Assembly: GCA_951406725.2 (NCBI GenBank)
Contig: OX597842.1
Location: forward strand, 2,480,001-2,544,000
DNA: 64,000 nucleotides
Direction: 5' to 3'
DNA from: Octopus vulgaris
Taxonomy: Eukaryota
Position numbers and translations under genes: made by a program
Shown here: positions 40,870 to 56,478 of the stretch, one piece after another
How the letters are laid out: every line of letters begins with the position of its first letter
How positions within the stretch are numbered: position 1 is the first letter of the stretch
The notes under the pieces: generated by a model
What the model was told of the DNA's origin: nothing
Databases searched by the model: none
What the model saw: only the letters and a program-made list of their open reading frames with translations

Positions 40870-41785
40870 AACATACATACACTCTTTCTGTTTCATTCAG
40901 ACACACACACATACGCTCAAAAACACAAACACACACACTGAAACGTACAACATACGCACACACTCTTGCCCTCATAGACACTCGCAGAATACACACAGAC
41001 ATGCACTCACACATTTACACACACACCCTCATACTCACTGAAATATACACACACCGCACGTCAAACACGTTTAGAATCCTCCTCTCTTTCTTTCTTTACT
41101 CCCACATACACATAAACATATAATTATATATACATACACATTCACTCAAACACACACACACACACCAACATACACTCGCAAGTATATATACATACACACA
41201 CACATGCAAACAGCTATACTCACATTTTCTCTCTCTCTCTCTCTCTCTCCTTCCCCCTCTCTTTCTCACTCACATACACACACATGCTTATACATGCACG
41301 CATACATACAAACACACACATTTACACCATGTTTCTATTTGCACACATAACACATACACGCATGCACACAACACAAGGCACACATACAAACAATCAAATA
41401 CACTCACACAAACACACATATATAAACACATGCAAACACACACACACACACACACACATTTTTACTCTCTGTCGCTCTCTCTCTCACACACACACACACA
41501 CAAATTCACGCATGCTTACACCATTTCTTTCTCTTTCACTTTCACAAATCACACACACATGCATACAAACATGTACACATATATATTTGCATCATTTCTC
41601 TTTACACACACACACATAAACACATGCTCACAAACACACACACATAATCACACACACACACGCACAAACATACACACATACATACCCATACATGCACATA
41701 CACATTTGCACCAAGTTTCTCATTACATACATACACAAGCAATGCTCACACACAAACAACAAGATATGCACACACACACACGCAC
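40870..41785. repeat. Degenerate (CA)n tract
   Basis: Direct reading. Confidence 0.9.
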
Positions 41786-42173
41786 GTATCGATCAGTATG
41801 TCAAGGGCCAGCTCGCCCTATCTGCTAAGAAGCCAGCTTTTAAATGTTTGACTTTTTACGAGGAATCCTGGAAACGGCACAACACGTCCGTTAAAGACCA
41901 TAAAATGATTTTCTCGTCAATTTAGAGAGCAATAAAAGTCCAACTTTGTGAGGCGACCAGAAATTTAATCTACAAGACATTTATAAGACCAATTCCATGG
42001 CTCAGATGGCGCTGTACACTGCCAATTGCAGTTCCTACTACACTGTGCTCCAATGTACATACGACTGCTTTTGGGTTGGTTTTCTATGGTTTGGATCCAG
42101 TTCCACTGTGTTAGCACCTTGGGCCAGTGTCTTCTGCTATGGTTGGAATTTACAAAAAAAAAACCAAAAGATG

Positions 42174-42332
42174 AAGGCACATGAGTGACTATGTGGTAAG
42201 TAGCATGCTTACCAACCACATGGTTCTGGGTTCAGTCCCACTGCACGGCATCTTGGGCAAGTGTCTTCTACTTTAGCCTTGGGCTGACCAAAGCCTTGTG
42301 AGTGGATTTGATAGACAGAAACTAAAAGAAGC

Positions 42333-42373
<41 letters not shown>

Positions 42374-42800
42374 CATACATATACATAGGCACTGAATGAC
42401 TGTGGGGTAAGAAGCTTGCTTCCCAATCACATGGTTCTAGGTTCAGTCCCACTGCGTGGCACCTTAGGCAAGCATCTTCTACTATTGCCTCGGGCCGACC
42501 AAAGCCTTGTGAGTGGATTTGGTAGATGGAAACTGAAAGAAGCCCGTCGTATATACCTATATATATATATATGTATGTGTATATATGATTGTGTGTCTGT
42601 GTTTGTCCCTCCAACATCGCTTGACAACCGATCCTGGTGTGTTTATGTCCCTGTAACTTAGTGGTTCAGCAAAAGAGACCGATAGAATAAGTACTAGGCT
42701 TACAGAGAATAAGTCCTGGGGTCAATTTGCTCGACTAAAGGTGGTGCTCCAGCATGGCTGCAGTCAAATGACTGAAACAAGTAAAAGAGTAAAAGAGAGT
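42174..42800 (+). mobile_element. SINE A head plus full SINE A
   Basis: Consensus match. Confidence 0.88.
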
Positions 42801-43000
42801 ATGGGTGTGTAAACAGCAAACAGATGTATTAGTTTAACGCTTGGGTAGTGAGAAAGTCTTTTACATTTCGAGCCTATGCTCTTCAACAGAAAGGAACACA
42901 GAAATAAGCAGAGATGCTCTTGGCCCGACCAAAGTATTTGTAGTGGATTTGGTTGACAGAAACTGAAAGAAGCAAAGACATTTGTCATATAACGTATATA

Positions 43001-43508
43001 CCGTAAATCCTCGAATATAATCAGCATTTTCTTCCCAAAATTTAAAGGTCAAAATCCCTAGTGAGTGCTATATACGAGGTTAAAAATGAAAAATATTTTC
43101 TAATCAATGTCCGAGTCTCTATTTGCTGTCCGGCAATGTTTATTCCGACACATTTTGTGATGTTGGGTGCGAAAATACCTTAAGCTAAGCCTGAAAGCAA
43201 TGAAGTCATAAAAGAATCATCCATAACTTGCAGTAAGCAACATTTATTAAACGTTATTACTGTTATTTCTTTATTTTCTGCAAACAAAATGCACAAAAAT
43301 GCTACACGTTTGCATTATGTTATATATACAATAATAATAAAGGACGTTACCGTATACAGTTTTACAAACCAAGGACGGTATATAGACCTCCTTGACTCAA
43401 GTTAGAGAAAGGGTGTGTATTATACACATGGTTTAGGTTTTTCAGAGGTAGAGCCCCCTAAAAATCCCCTGCGTATTATACCGAAGGGCAGACTATACTC
43501 GAGGATTG
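43001..43508. mobile_element. Pogo/Tc1-superfamily MITE
   Basis: TA|CCGTAAATCCTCGAATATA left end; TATACTCGAGGATT right end (truncated). Confidence 0.7.
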
Positions 43509-43832
43509 GGCAAGTGTCTTATTTCCATAGCCTCGGACCAACCAAAGCCTTGTAAGTGGATTTGGTGGATGGAAACAGAAAGAAGCCTGTCGTATATATG
43601 TGTGTGTGCCTGTCTTTATGTGTATGTGTGAGTGTGCCCATTTGTGTCTTCGGCCTTCACTGCCACTTGACAACCAGTGCTGAACTCAGCAGTTCAGCAA
43701 AAGAGGCTGATAAAATAAGTAGCAGGCTTTGAGAAAAAAATACTGGGGTCAGTTCATTCAAATCCAAACTCTTCAAGGCAGTGCCCCAGCATGGCCAGAG
43801 ACTAATGACCAAAACAAGTAAAAGATAAAAGG
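43507..43832 (+). mobile_element. SINE family A, diverged
   Basis: Consensus match. Confidence 0.75.
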
Positions 43833-44264
43833 TATAAGTAGCTGAGTAGGGAGGGAGGGAGGAGAGACAAATTGACCCATGTTATTCCTTTTCCCTGTTG
43901 ACCACAGGAGGATAAAAGGCTGAGCTAACTCTGGGAGGATTTGAACTCAGAACATAAACAGCCGGAAAAATGACTGCAAGGCAGTTGTGTGATGCTCTTA
44001 TGATTCTGCCACTTGATACATGTATCTAGGACTACATAACTGAATGTGTCATTTCCTTTAGCGAGAGGTGTCTGTGTGAGATGAAGGTGAAGGGGATTTG
44101 ACTGCTATTTCTTACTGGTCAAAAAATTACTTAGTTGCTCCCCCACTTTCTAAGTGTGTATATTAATTGGTGTGTGTGTGTATTTGTTGCTTTATTTCCG
44201 GAACTTTTTGCTTGGGTTTTATTACCGCAGGCTCAACTGTTTCAACAGCAGTGTGTATAATTTT

Positions 44265-44557
44265 TGTATCTATGTGTGTGTGTGTGTATATATATATATA
44301 TGTTATATGCATATATATGTATGTCTATAGATAGCTTATGTATGTGTATATATATATGTATGTATGTTTGTTGGCATCCTATATATATATGTGTGCGTGT
44401 ATATATGAATGTGCATATATATGTGTATGTTTATATGATTGTGTGTATATTTATGTATGTGTGTGTGTGTGTGTATACACACACATGTATATTTGCAGGA
44501 GATGGTCATTATTGAACACTGATCAATCATAGGTGCACATGTATATATGTATCTATT

Positions 44558-44588
<31 letters not shown>

Positions 44589-45105
44589 CACAATAACAAC
44601 CAGACCATCAGGTGCGGTTATACACCACTGGTCACAGTGTGCTTCCAATTCTGTCTTCATTACACCATTCTTTCCCATTCTTAACCCAAATTGCTTGGTC
44701 AAATCATCTTCTCATTGTCGTGGACTCCTTTCCAAGTGGCCTTTTCCAATCTCTCTCTCTCGCTCTCTTTCTCACTATGTATGTATATATGTTTGTGTGT
44801 GAACCTCTTCATACTTATACATACATACACATATATTCATTTATATATATATATATACACACATTTATATATGTATATTTATATATATATATTATATATG
44901 TATATTCATATATATGTATATATATATGTATATATATATATGTGTGTATATATATGTGTGTATATATATGTGTGTATATGTATATATACATATGTGTATA
45001 TTTATATATGTATATATATGTTTATATGTATGTGTATATATATGTATATATGTATATATGTATATATATATATGTGTGTGTGTATGTATATATATATATA
45101 CACAC

Positions 45106-45182
<77 letters not shown>

Positions 45183-45950
45183 CATATATATGTATAAGAG
45201 TGCAGACACACAAACACACACACGTAAATAGATAGAAAGATAGATAAGTAGATGTTTGCATGTAAATTTGTTTGTGTGCAAAACTTTGGCCAGTTAGCCA
45301 GCAGAGGGAGCCTCAGGGTTTCTGTAAAAATCACACAACGACCCCGCCCGTCTTCCATAACTATGCTATTATTCATGTCAATCAAAGCCTATCCTCTCAG
45401 CCCTCAACTACGTCACTTGAAAAATCGTCCCCCTCCCAGGAACCCTTCAACTCTACCCCCTCCTCACCCTCATCATTCTGCACCACCACCACCACCAGCC
45501 CTGCCTGACCCCGGAAATCCCAACCACAAACTACCTTGGTCCCTTCTTGCCTTACCTTACACACCCCTTAAGGTACCATGGTGGTGGGGAAGACATCCTC
45601 TATACTACCACCAACACCACCATCACTACTACCACCAACACCACCGCTACTACCACCAACATTACTACCACCAACACCACCATCACTACTATCACCAACA
45701 CCACCAACACTACTACCACCAACACCACTGCTACTACCACCAAGAACACCACTATTACTACTACTACTAACATTACTACCACCAACACCACTACTACCAG
45801 CAACACCATCATCACTACTATCACCACCACCATCACTACTATCACCAACACCACCAACACTACTACCACCAACACCACTACTACCACCACAGCACACCAT
45901 CTCCACTGTCACAACCTTCATCACCACCACCACCTCCATCACCACCAACA
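44265..45950. repeat. (TA/TG)n tracts and (CAC/TAC)n tract, with a probable RTE 3' remnant at 44590-44750 (minus)
   Basis: Direct reading; rc WKRPLGK pattern. Confidence 0.8.
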
Positions 45951-46334
45951 CACCACCCAATTTAGTCCCTTCTTATATGTCATAGAATATGGAACTGGAC
46001 TGTTGTGTCTCCTGGTTTCCCATTTAAAGGGGTTTTCTTCTATCAAAACCCTAATTTCTTTTTTTTTCTTATATTTGTCTTTCAATTTAGTCCCGAGTTC
46101 TCTCTGACCACTAATCACCAATAACGATATTCCATAATGTCGGACATTGGTAAATTTGCTGAGAATTAGGAGAAGTAGACGGGCGGTGGGCAGGGATTCT
46201 TGCCATCTTTTTTAGTGGAATGTCTGTGCAATTGGATGAGGATATTGTAAGAGTTCTAGGGTTTCTAAATATGGGAACCAACATAGTTAGGTGTTGATGT
46301 TGTAGTTGTTGTTTTCATTGCCCTCGTTGAGTTT

Positions 46335-46578
46335 GTCTAGCCCCAGGTCAGGACTGAGCTAGCAGACCTATGATCAAACATGTTCCAGCTGTGACCATTC
46401 CATCTTTTATTCAGGCGTAGTGTATCTAGGACTACATTATCAAATGTATGGTATTGTAGTTAGTATTGATGTCTATTGTTGTTATTGTTTTAGCCCCAGG
46501 CTGGCCTGATAAACAAACCATGATCGAAGATGTTCCAGCCATGACCATCCCGTCTTTTATTCAGACATAATGTATCTT
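46335..46578 (-). repeat. Two inverted copies of the ~140-bp unit seen at 11045-11680
   Basis: TAGCCCCAGG...TGATC..CATGTTCCAGC.TGACCAT..CTTTTATTCAG..TGTATCTAGGACTACATTATC. Confidence 0.8.
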
Positions 46579-46612
46579 CTGTTGGCCTGCTCGCTTAACC
46601 AGCGGGGTGGCG

Positions 46613-46661
<49 letters not shown>

Positions 46662-46721
46662 TACACATACATACATATATGTGTGTGTGTGTGTATGTAT
46701 GTACATATATATATACTCTTT

Positions 46722-47343
46722 TCTTTTACTCTTTTACTTGTTTCAGTCATTTGACTGCGGCCATGCTGGAGTACCGCCTTTAGTCAAGCAACTCGACCCC
46801 GGGACTTATTCTTTGTAAGCCCAGTACTTATTCTATCAGTCTCTTTTGCCGAACCGCTAAGTGACAGGGACATCAACACACCAGCATCGGTTGTCATGCA
46901 ATGCTTAGGGGGACAAACACAGACACACAAACATTTACACACACATACATATACATATATATATATACTCACATATACGACGGGCTTCTTTCAGTTTCTA
47001 CCAAATCCACTCACAAGGCTTTGGTTGGCCTGGGGCTATAGTAGAAGACACTTGCCCAAGGTGCCACGCAGTGGGACTGAACCCGAAACCATGTGGTTGG
47101 TAAGCAAGCTACTTACCACACAGCCACTCTCTTTTATTCTTTTATATGCTTCTGTCATTTGACTGTGGCCATGCTGGAGCACCACCTTTAGTTGAGCAAA
47201 TCGTCCCCAGAACCTATTCTTTGTAAGCCTAGTAATTATTCTATCAGTCTCTCTTGCCGAACCACTAAGTGACAGGGATGTAAATACACCAGCATCAGTT
47301 GTCAAGCAATGTTGGGGGGAGACAAACACAGACACAAACATAT

Positions 47344-47403
<60 letters not shown>

Positions 47404-48085
47404 TATATTAAATTAGAGATAAAACCACTATTAGGCAAATCATACAATGAAAAACTTAAGCCAATACATAAGATTAATTAATTTATATTATTTTAAATAT
47501 ATATCAAAATTATTAAAAAAAGATAATTAGTATAATATAATATTTTACTATAAAATTGAATTCAATCCTAAATCTGATTTTTCGCTGTAAGTTTGGATTT
47601 ATTCCCTAATATTTTATTATTAATTTTTATATATATATATATATATATATACATACACACATATATACGATGGACTTCTTTCAGTTTCCGTCTACAAAAT
47701 CCATTCACAAGGCTTTGGTCAGCCCGAGGCTATAATAGAAGACATTTGCCCAAAGTGCCATGCAGTGGGACTTAACATAGAACCATGTGGTTGGAGAGCT
47801 AACTTACAATAAGCCATGCCTACACTTATATATATATATAAATATATATATATATGTATGTATGTGTGTATGTATGTATGTATATATATATATATATACC
47901 CACCCACACAGACAGTCACACACACACGCTGAGCTTCTTTCAGTTTCCTTCTACCAAATCCACTCACAAAGCTTTGGGTGGCCCAAGTCTATGGTAGAAG
48001 GCATTTACCCATTGTGCCACACAGTGAAACTGAACCCAGAACCTTGTGGTTCATAGACAGACTTCTTACCACACAGACATGCCTG
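46722..48085 (-). mobile_element. Cluster of SINE A copies (46722-47130, 47130-47340 plus 47665-47825, 47930-48085)
   Basis: Consensus match. Confidence 0.85.
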
Positions 48086-48645
48086 TGTATGTAGATATGC
48101 ATCCATCCATCCATCCATATACATACATAGAAAGACCTGTGTATTTCTGTATGTGTATAGTTTTATTCCCCATCAATATATCAACAGATTTCTAAGGGTG
48201 CCAAGGAAAAGTTTCTACCCACATATACCCTTGAATTTTACTATGTAATTTCAACTTATATAGACACAGGTATAGACACTCACATATGCATAGACAGACA
48301 CACACTCAGACAGACACATCACATACATACACACACACATGCGTATGTATATGTATGCATACATACGAAGTATATAGGTGTGTGTATGTGTGTGTGTGTG
48401 TGTTTATATATGCCTGTGTACATGAACATAACTCTTTTAACACCTGTGTATATGTATATTATATATGTGTGTGTATGTGTGTATGTAGCAAGAGAGATTG
48501 TTAAGTAAAGAGGTAGATTGATAGTGTACTTAAATGTATTTGCAGTATATAAGTATATACATGTATGTACGTTGGTATATATACTTATCAATGTACATGG
48601 TTATGCCTACACTCACTCACACACACACACACACACATACACACA

Positions 48646-49487
48646 CAAGATGCTGTGAATAAATTGTCATCTAAATTACACAAAAATGAAAACGATACTG
48701 ACATTTCATTTTAACAGATATATTTGCCAAAATTACATAAAAACATCTTGAAATACTAAAGAGTAAATTTATTCAATAAAATTGCCATTAGCTTCAACCA
48801 CAGCCTCTAAATGACTTCAGAATCTCCTGCAACTCTTCTGGACGGTCTCCTTGTTTAAGTTGGTGAATGCTGCCATAATCCTTGCCTTTAGTTCATCTTT
48901 GGTGTTACAAGGAGTTTTATTGGTCTCTCACTCAACTGTGCCCTACACATAATAATCAAGGGAGTTAGAGTTTGGGGAGTTAGGTGGCCAGATGTTAGGG
49001 GTGATTTGGTCACAGAAAATGTCAGACAACCATGAATGGGTTCTCCTGCTTGTGTGGCATGGTGCCGAATTCTGTTGCCAGACATAGGCTCTTCCAGCAG
49101 CCACCCTTTTGCGCCAGGGTAGCACTACCACCTCCAGGCACTTGATGAGGCTGAGGCCAGATGGGAAGATGAATCACTCCAAACACCATGATGTTGACTG
49201 GATGTTTGATTTTTATCACTCTCGGTAGATTTTTCAGGAACACAGCAAGCCAACAGTTGTTCTGTGTTCACCATTTGATCCTGGCAGAAATATTCCTCAT
49301 CTGAGAAAAACCAAAGCATGTTCAGTTGGTAGGGATGCATGTTGTTTCAAAATTTCAAGCAGAGGGGCTGTTTTTCTCACAGACAATGCCCTACCATTCT
49401 GCAGAGTTGACAAAATCAGAAACCCACAATTCACATGTACAAAATTAAAAACATGAAATGGCAACAATTTACCCATTGCACCCTGTA
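48646..49487 (-). mobile_element. Internally deleted Tc1/mariner element, maT (DD37D)-like
   Basis: WFFSDEE, WQQNSAPCHTS, WPPNSPNSNSLDYYV (WPPNSPDLNPLDY motif); rc end TACAGGGTGCAATGGGTAAATTGT versus CAAGATGCTGTGAATAAATTGT. Confidence 0.8.
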
Positions 49488-49492
49488 TGTAT

Positions 49493-49528
<36 letters not shown>

Positions 49529-49868
49529 GTATGTATATATATAAGTACATACTTATCATTCTTCATCTTTATATATATGTATACATATATATATATTTAT
49601 ATATGCATATACAAATCGTTGTACAGATTTAAATATATATGTATATACATATCGTTTTACATGTTTTCATATATATATATGTATATATATATATACACAT
49701 ATCATTGTACACGTTTATATATGTATGCATGCATACTGTTATATATTGCTGTACATGTATATATATATTCATATATATATATATATTTATATATATCAGT
49801 GTACATGTTTATATATATGTATGTATACTCATATGTATTGTTGTACATGTATAAATATATATATATAT

Positions 49869-49911
<43 letters not shown>

Positions 49912-50366
49912 CATATATATACATACACACATGTATGTGTATATATATGTGTGTGTATGTATATACATTTAATGTGTCAGTAGCCAAAACTTTGCCTAAC
50001 AAAAATTAACTCCACTACAACAACAACAACAACAACCACCACCACCACCACCGCAACCTTACACTAGCTTAAAGGACTAATTCCAACTCACCCGACCCCA
50101 CAGTCTTCCATCCGACACTCCGCAAATGCAACACCACCCCCACCATTTCCACCAATGCCACCACCATTTTCCCCACCGACCCCATCTTACACCACCACCC
50201 CCAGTACCGCTTTCCCCTCCACCCGCTCGCTCCGTAAAACCTTATTAAAACATCAAAGGTAGTCAGCGCAGAGAGATTTCTATGTCGTACCTCAGACATA
50301 TATATTACTTCGCACCACCCAGGAACATCTAACAACAACAACAACAACAACATGACATCACCAACG

Positions 50367-50398
<32 letters not shown>

Positions 50399-50571
50399 CA
50401 TAATAATAATGATAATAATAATAATAATGATAATAATAATGATAATAATAATACTGATATGTACATACATACAGACATGCATACAGAGTGGTGTGTCTGT
50501 ATATGCTAATATATGTGTATATATATATATATATCTGTGTGTGTATATATATTACTTGATGGTTTTTGTTA

Positions 50572-50968
50572 AGCTGGCGTGGTTGTGTCGTAAGAAGCTT
50601 GCTTCCCAACCACATGGTTCCAGGTTCAGTCCCATGGCATGGCATTTAAGGCAAGTGTCTTCTATTATAGTCTCGGGCTGACCAAAATCTTGTGAGTGGA
50701 TTTGGTAGAGGGAAACTCAAAGAAGCCTATCGTATATACATGTATATACATGTGTATGTTTGTGTTTCTGTGTTTGTCCCCCCACCATCACTTGACAGCC
50801 ATCGTCAGTGTATTTAAATCCCCATGACGTAGCGGTTCAGCAAAAGGAAGCGATGGAATAAGTACTAGGCTTACAAAGAATAAGTTCTGGGGTCGATTTG
50901 TCTGACTAAAGGCGGTGCTCCAGCATGGCCGCGGTCAAATGACAGAAACAAGTAGAAGATTAAAAGAA
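50572..50968 (+). mobile_element. SINE family A
   Basis: Consensus match. Confidence 0.85.
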
Positions 50969-51271
50969 TATATATATGCATGTTTCCATCTCTCTCTTTC
51001 CCTCCATATATATGTGATGATGACGATAATAATATATATATAATGTGTATACATACTTGCATATATATAGTGTGCCTACTTATGCTTATTTTCATGTGTG
51101 TGCATATATATCTATATATGTATATATAAATTTAAGATAATAAGGGTGAAAAATTGAATATTAATTTGATTAATATCAATTTAAAACCAGTGGTCTAGCA
51201 TATTAAAATCTGAAGATACAGAAAAAACTATATTACATACATACATCCCTCTTATATGTATATATATATAT

Positions 51272-51486
51272 GTCGTGGGGCTGAAAATTTCCTGGTTTTG
51301 GTAAAAAAAAATAGAAAAGGATCAGTTAATTATGATTTTATCCAACATATTCCTCTCTCAGATTCACACACTTATTGTAGTGGTCCTTCAGTTTTACAAA
51401 ACCCTGTGAAAGAACTCGGGGGGTTGGGCCTCCAACCAAGCCTTTCACGATACCCTTAAAGCCAAGAACTTTCCAGCACCCCCCCT
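51272..51486. mobile_element. Mariner-type MITE
   Basis: GGGGCTGAAAATTTCCTGGTTTT versus rc GGGTGCTGGAAAGTTCTTGGCTTT. Confidence 0.6.
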
Positions 51487-51584
51487 CTCTCTCTCACATG
51501 CTCATATGCTCTCTGTATGTGTGTGTGTTTATTTCCATCTAACTATCTACTCGTGTTTCTCTCTCTATCTATCTCTCCCTCTTT

Positions 51585-52705
51585 TCATCATCATCATTAT
51601 AATAATTTAATGTCTGTTGTCCATGCTGGCATGGGTTGGACAGTTTGACCAGGGCTGGTAAGTTGGGTTAGTTGGAAGGCTGCACCAGACTCCAGTGTGA
51701 TTTGGCATGGTTTTCTATGGCTGGATGCCTTTCCTAACACCAACCACTCCAAGAGTGTCATGGGTGCTTTTTATGTGCCACTGGTATATGCCAGGAATGA
51801 AAATGAAAATTATACATACTCTTTTACTCTTTTACTTGTTTCAGTTATTTGACTGCGGCCATGCTGGAGCACTGCCTTTAGTCGAGCAACTCGACCCCGG
51901 GACTTATTCTTTTGTAAGCCTAGTACTTATTCTGTCAGTCTCTTTTGCTGAACTGCTAAGTGACGAGGACATAAACACACCAGCATCGGTTGTCAAGCAA
52001 TGCTAGGGGGACAAACACAGACACACACACATACATACATATATATACATATATACGACGGGCTTCTTTCAGTTTCCGTCTACCAAATCAACTCACAAGG
52101 CTTTGGTCGACCCGAGGCTATAGTAGAAGACACTCGCCCAAGGTGCCCTGCAGTGAAACTGAACCTGGAACTATGTAGTTCTTAAGCAAGCTACTTACCA
52201 CACAGCCACTCCTACGCCTATATATATATATAATAATGAAAATAGTAATAATAGTACTAATAATCTTTTCTTCTATAGGCACAAGGCCTGAAATTTTGTG
52301 TGAGGGGACTAGTCGATTACATTGACCCCTAGTACTTAATATAATCAGCCTCAAAAGGATGAAAGACAATTTCGACCTTGGTGGAGTTTGAACTCAGAAC
52401 GTAAGGATGGATGAAATTCCACTAAGCATTTTGCCTGGGGAGCTAACAGTTTCCCATAATAACAATAATAATAATAATAATAATAATAATGGTATCAAAT
52501 TTTTCCACGAGGGTAGCCATTTTGGGGAGAGGGGTCAGTTGATTACATCGACCCCAGTGTTTCACTGGTACTTGTCTTATTGACCCTGAAAGGATGAAAG
52601 GCAAAGTTGACCCCGGTGGAATTTGAACTCAAAGCATCAAGACAGATGAAATACTGCTGGGCATTTTGCCCGGTGTGCTAATGGTTTTGCCAGTTCACTG
52701 CCTTT
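51585..52705 (-). mobile_element. Family C fragment (51585-51790), SINE A (51818-52220), two SINE B (52262-52450, 52490-52705)
   Basis: Consensus matches. Confidence 0.8.
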
Positions 52706-52869
52706 GGTAATAACGAGTCTAATAGAAATTAATAATAATTTTAATAATAATAACATTAATATGAAAGGTAGGGAAAAAAATTGGAAGAGTTAAGAGTGTG
52801 TTGGGGTGGGGTGGAAGTTGATGAGGATTGGTGATGATGAATGTAATGATATAAATGTTAATGAGTTGA

Positions 52870-53330
52870 TGAAGGAGGAGGAGGAGAAGAAGAAGAAGAA
52901 GAGGAAAAATTGGTAAAAGAAGAAGAATTGAATGAAGGCAAATTGGAAGGAGAATGAGAATGAGGAGCCAAAGAAGAAGAAGAGGAAGAAGAAGGATTGG
53001 AAAAAGAAGGGAAAAGAAGAAGAATTGGAAAAAGAAGGAAGAAGAAGAAGAAGAATTGGAAAAAGAAGGGAAAAGAAGAAGAAAAATTGGAAAGAGGTGA
53101 AGAAGAAGAAGAAAAGGAATAAGAAGAAGAAGAAGAAGAATTCGAAAGAGAAGAAGACGGAGAAGCATTAATAAAAGGCGGATGAGGAGCCGAAGAAGAA
53201 GGAGAAGAAGAAGAATTGGAAAAATGAGGAGGAGAAGAAGAAGAAGAAGAAGAAGAAGAAGAAAAAGAAGAATTGAAAAAAGGGAGAGAAAAAGAAGAAG
53301 GGGAGAAGGGGAATTGGAAGACGTGGGAAT
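52870..53330 (+). repeat. (GAA)n tract punctuated by AATTGG
   Basis: Direct reading. Confidence 0.9.
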
Positions 53331-53759
53331 AGAGAAGTAGGCAGACCTACAACAGCAACAACAACAATGACGCCAACAACAACAACAACAACACTGTCAA
53401 CAGCAACACAAAGTTCTATCAAATTGCGTCCCATTATTTCCATCAACTAGTCTTCAGAAACTGAAGACAATGGTACGAAAACTCAGCAAATCCTTTGAAA
53501 TCTTTGAGACTTCATTTATTTTTTTAATAAACGTTAATCTTTGAAAACTGCTTTGAGATGAAACGAGAAAGTTATTAGGTGGGTGGACAGCCTAACCCCA
53601 CGGCCACCCGGCTCCGCAACCACCCAGAGAAAGTGGGACGTGGTGTTGAGTGTTGATTTGTAATATATACACACTGGCGCACGCATGTGTATGTGTGTAT
53701 TACAGGCTCACACAGGCATGTATACTTATGTACATGATGTATATATGTATTTAACATTG

Positions 53760-54560
<801 letters not shown>

Positions 54561-54928
54561 AAAATTCAGAATTCAAGTGAATTAGCAACTTAAATAAGTA
54601 AAGCACCAAGGTCAGGTCAATGAGATTGCTATCATGTACAAAGCAAGATTAGAGGAACCTATACAAAACATACACACATAGTGAAAGTAAAGACGGATTT
54701 ACATTCCAGTTGTATGTACAATCAGAAGCACCCAACTGAATGCATCATGAGTTACAAGGCTGTACCTCAGAACATACACTGTACCTGTTGTACTGCACTC
54801 AACAGACTCCAGATCCATGCTAATTGCAGGTTCTGGGTAAGGTGAATAATAAATAAATAACAACAGATGAAAATTGGTTCAGTCTCTACAGCTGTTTCAA
54901 ATGTGTTTTTTTATTGCTGAATAGAGTT

Positions 54929-56477
54929 ATGTATGTGCGTGAAAAGTCTTGAGCCTCAAAAAAACAAAACATAGTACAAGAATTCTGATGATTTACTTTT
55001 CAACATAGTCCCCCCCCCCTCGGTGGCTGAACACTTTCTCCATCGGTGCTGAAGTGCCATTATCCTGGCATAGAGGAACTCTTTTGTTTGAGACTCTAAG
55101 AAACTTCCTACAGTGTCTATGATGTCATTGTCAGTGACAAAATGGTAACCAGCCAGGGCTTTTTTCATTTTGGGGGAATAGATGAAAGTCAGAGGGGGCT
55201 AAGTCTGGCGAATAAGGCAGATGGGGAACAAGTTCGTATCCAGAATCACGAATTGTTACCATGGCAACCACTGAGGTGTGGGCTGGAGCATTGTTGTGAT
55301 GAAAAAGGACTCCCTTGGTGAGCATTCCTGGCCTTTTTTCTCTGATTGCTTCCTGGAGGCATTACAGTAGCTGAGAATAATACAGCCCTGTCATGGTGTG
55401 ACCCTTTTCAAGGTAATGGATCAGCAAGACACCTTGAGAATTCCAAAAAACGGACACCATGACCTTGCCAGCTGAAGGAATGATCCTGGCCTTATTTGGG
55501 GTAGGAGAAGATGTGGGCTTCCACTGCTTTGATTGTTCTTTGGTTTCAGGTTGGTAGTGATGAACCCAACTTTCATCCATAGTAATAAAACGAGCAAGAA
55601 AATTCTCTTCATCGGCTTCAAACAGTTCCAGTTTGCCCGTGGACAAAGCGCACCTGGTGCGTTTCTGTTCAGGAGTCAAAAGGCGAGGGACCAACCTTGC
55701 AGAAACCTTTGAGAACTCAAGTTCTTTTGTCACAATGTTGTCTGCTCTTTCATTGGAGATGCCCAGTCTCTCAGCTATCTGGTGACATTTAAGGCGGCGA
55801 GCTGGCAGAAACATTAGCATGCCGGGCGAAATACTTAGCGGTATTTCATCTGCCGCTACATTCTGAGTTCAAATTCCGTGATGTCGACTTTGCCTTTCAT
55901 CCTTTCGGGGTCGATTAAATAAGTACCAGTTATGCACTGGGGTTGATGTAATCGACATAATCCTTGTGTCTCCTTGTTTTTCCCCTCTGTGTTTAGCCCC
56001 TTGTGAGTAGTAAAGAAATATATCTGGTGACATGATATTCGAAGATCTTGCATTATCATACCAAGAGCAAGGTCAAGGTTTTCCTCAGTGGTTGCAGTTG
56101 GAGGTCTCCCTGGTGTGGGATCATCTTCCACACTCTCCCTGTCACGCTTGATTTCATTTACCCAGCGTTTGACTGTTGCATATGAAAGGTGCATTGTCTG
56201 TTAAGGTTCTCACCGTATCTTCATGGATTTCTGATGGAGCTATGCCTTTCAAATGAAGGTAATTTATGGCAGCGCAGTACTCAGTTTTTCTCCATTTTCC
56301 TTGTAACCTCGACACTTTTTTATTCAAAAATCTGTAACAAAAAAAAATTTAAATATCAGAATCATGAAAATGAGCAAGAATACTCTGAAAAGACTGTACT
56401 TACCAGAAAAAATTGTTTCAGCTACCTAGCAGCCCCGTTTCTTGGTTAGGCTCAAAACTTTTCATACACCCCTCGTA
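54929..56477 (-). mobile_element. Near full-length mariner (DD34D) with decayed transposase, interrupted by SINE B
   Basis: Terminal repeats TACGAGGGGTGTATGAAAAGTTTTGAGCCT / GTGAAAAGTCTTGAGCCT; LVPRLLTPEQK, FITMDESWVHHY, FHHNNAPAH, YSPDLAPSDFHLF; frameshifts. Confidence 0.93.
55790..56020 (+). mobile_element. SINE family B, full length with TSD
   Basis: TATCTGGTGACAT at 55776-55788 and 56021-56033. Confidence 0.92.
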
Positions 56478-56478
56478 T

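Noticed and set aside
54929-56477. Domesticated or active transposase
   Set aside because: Frameshifts, a SINE insertion and loss of the second catalytic Asp (HNNA).
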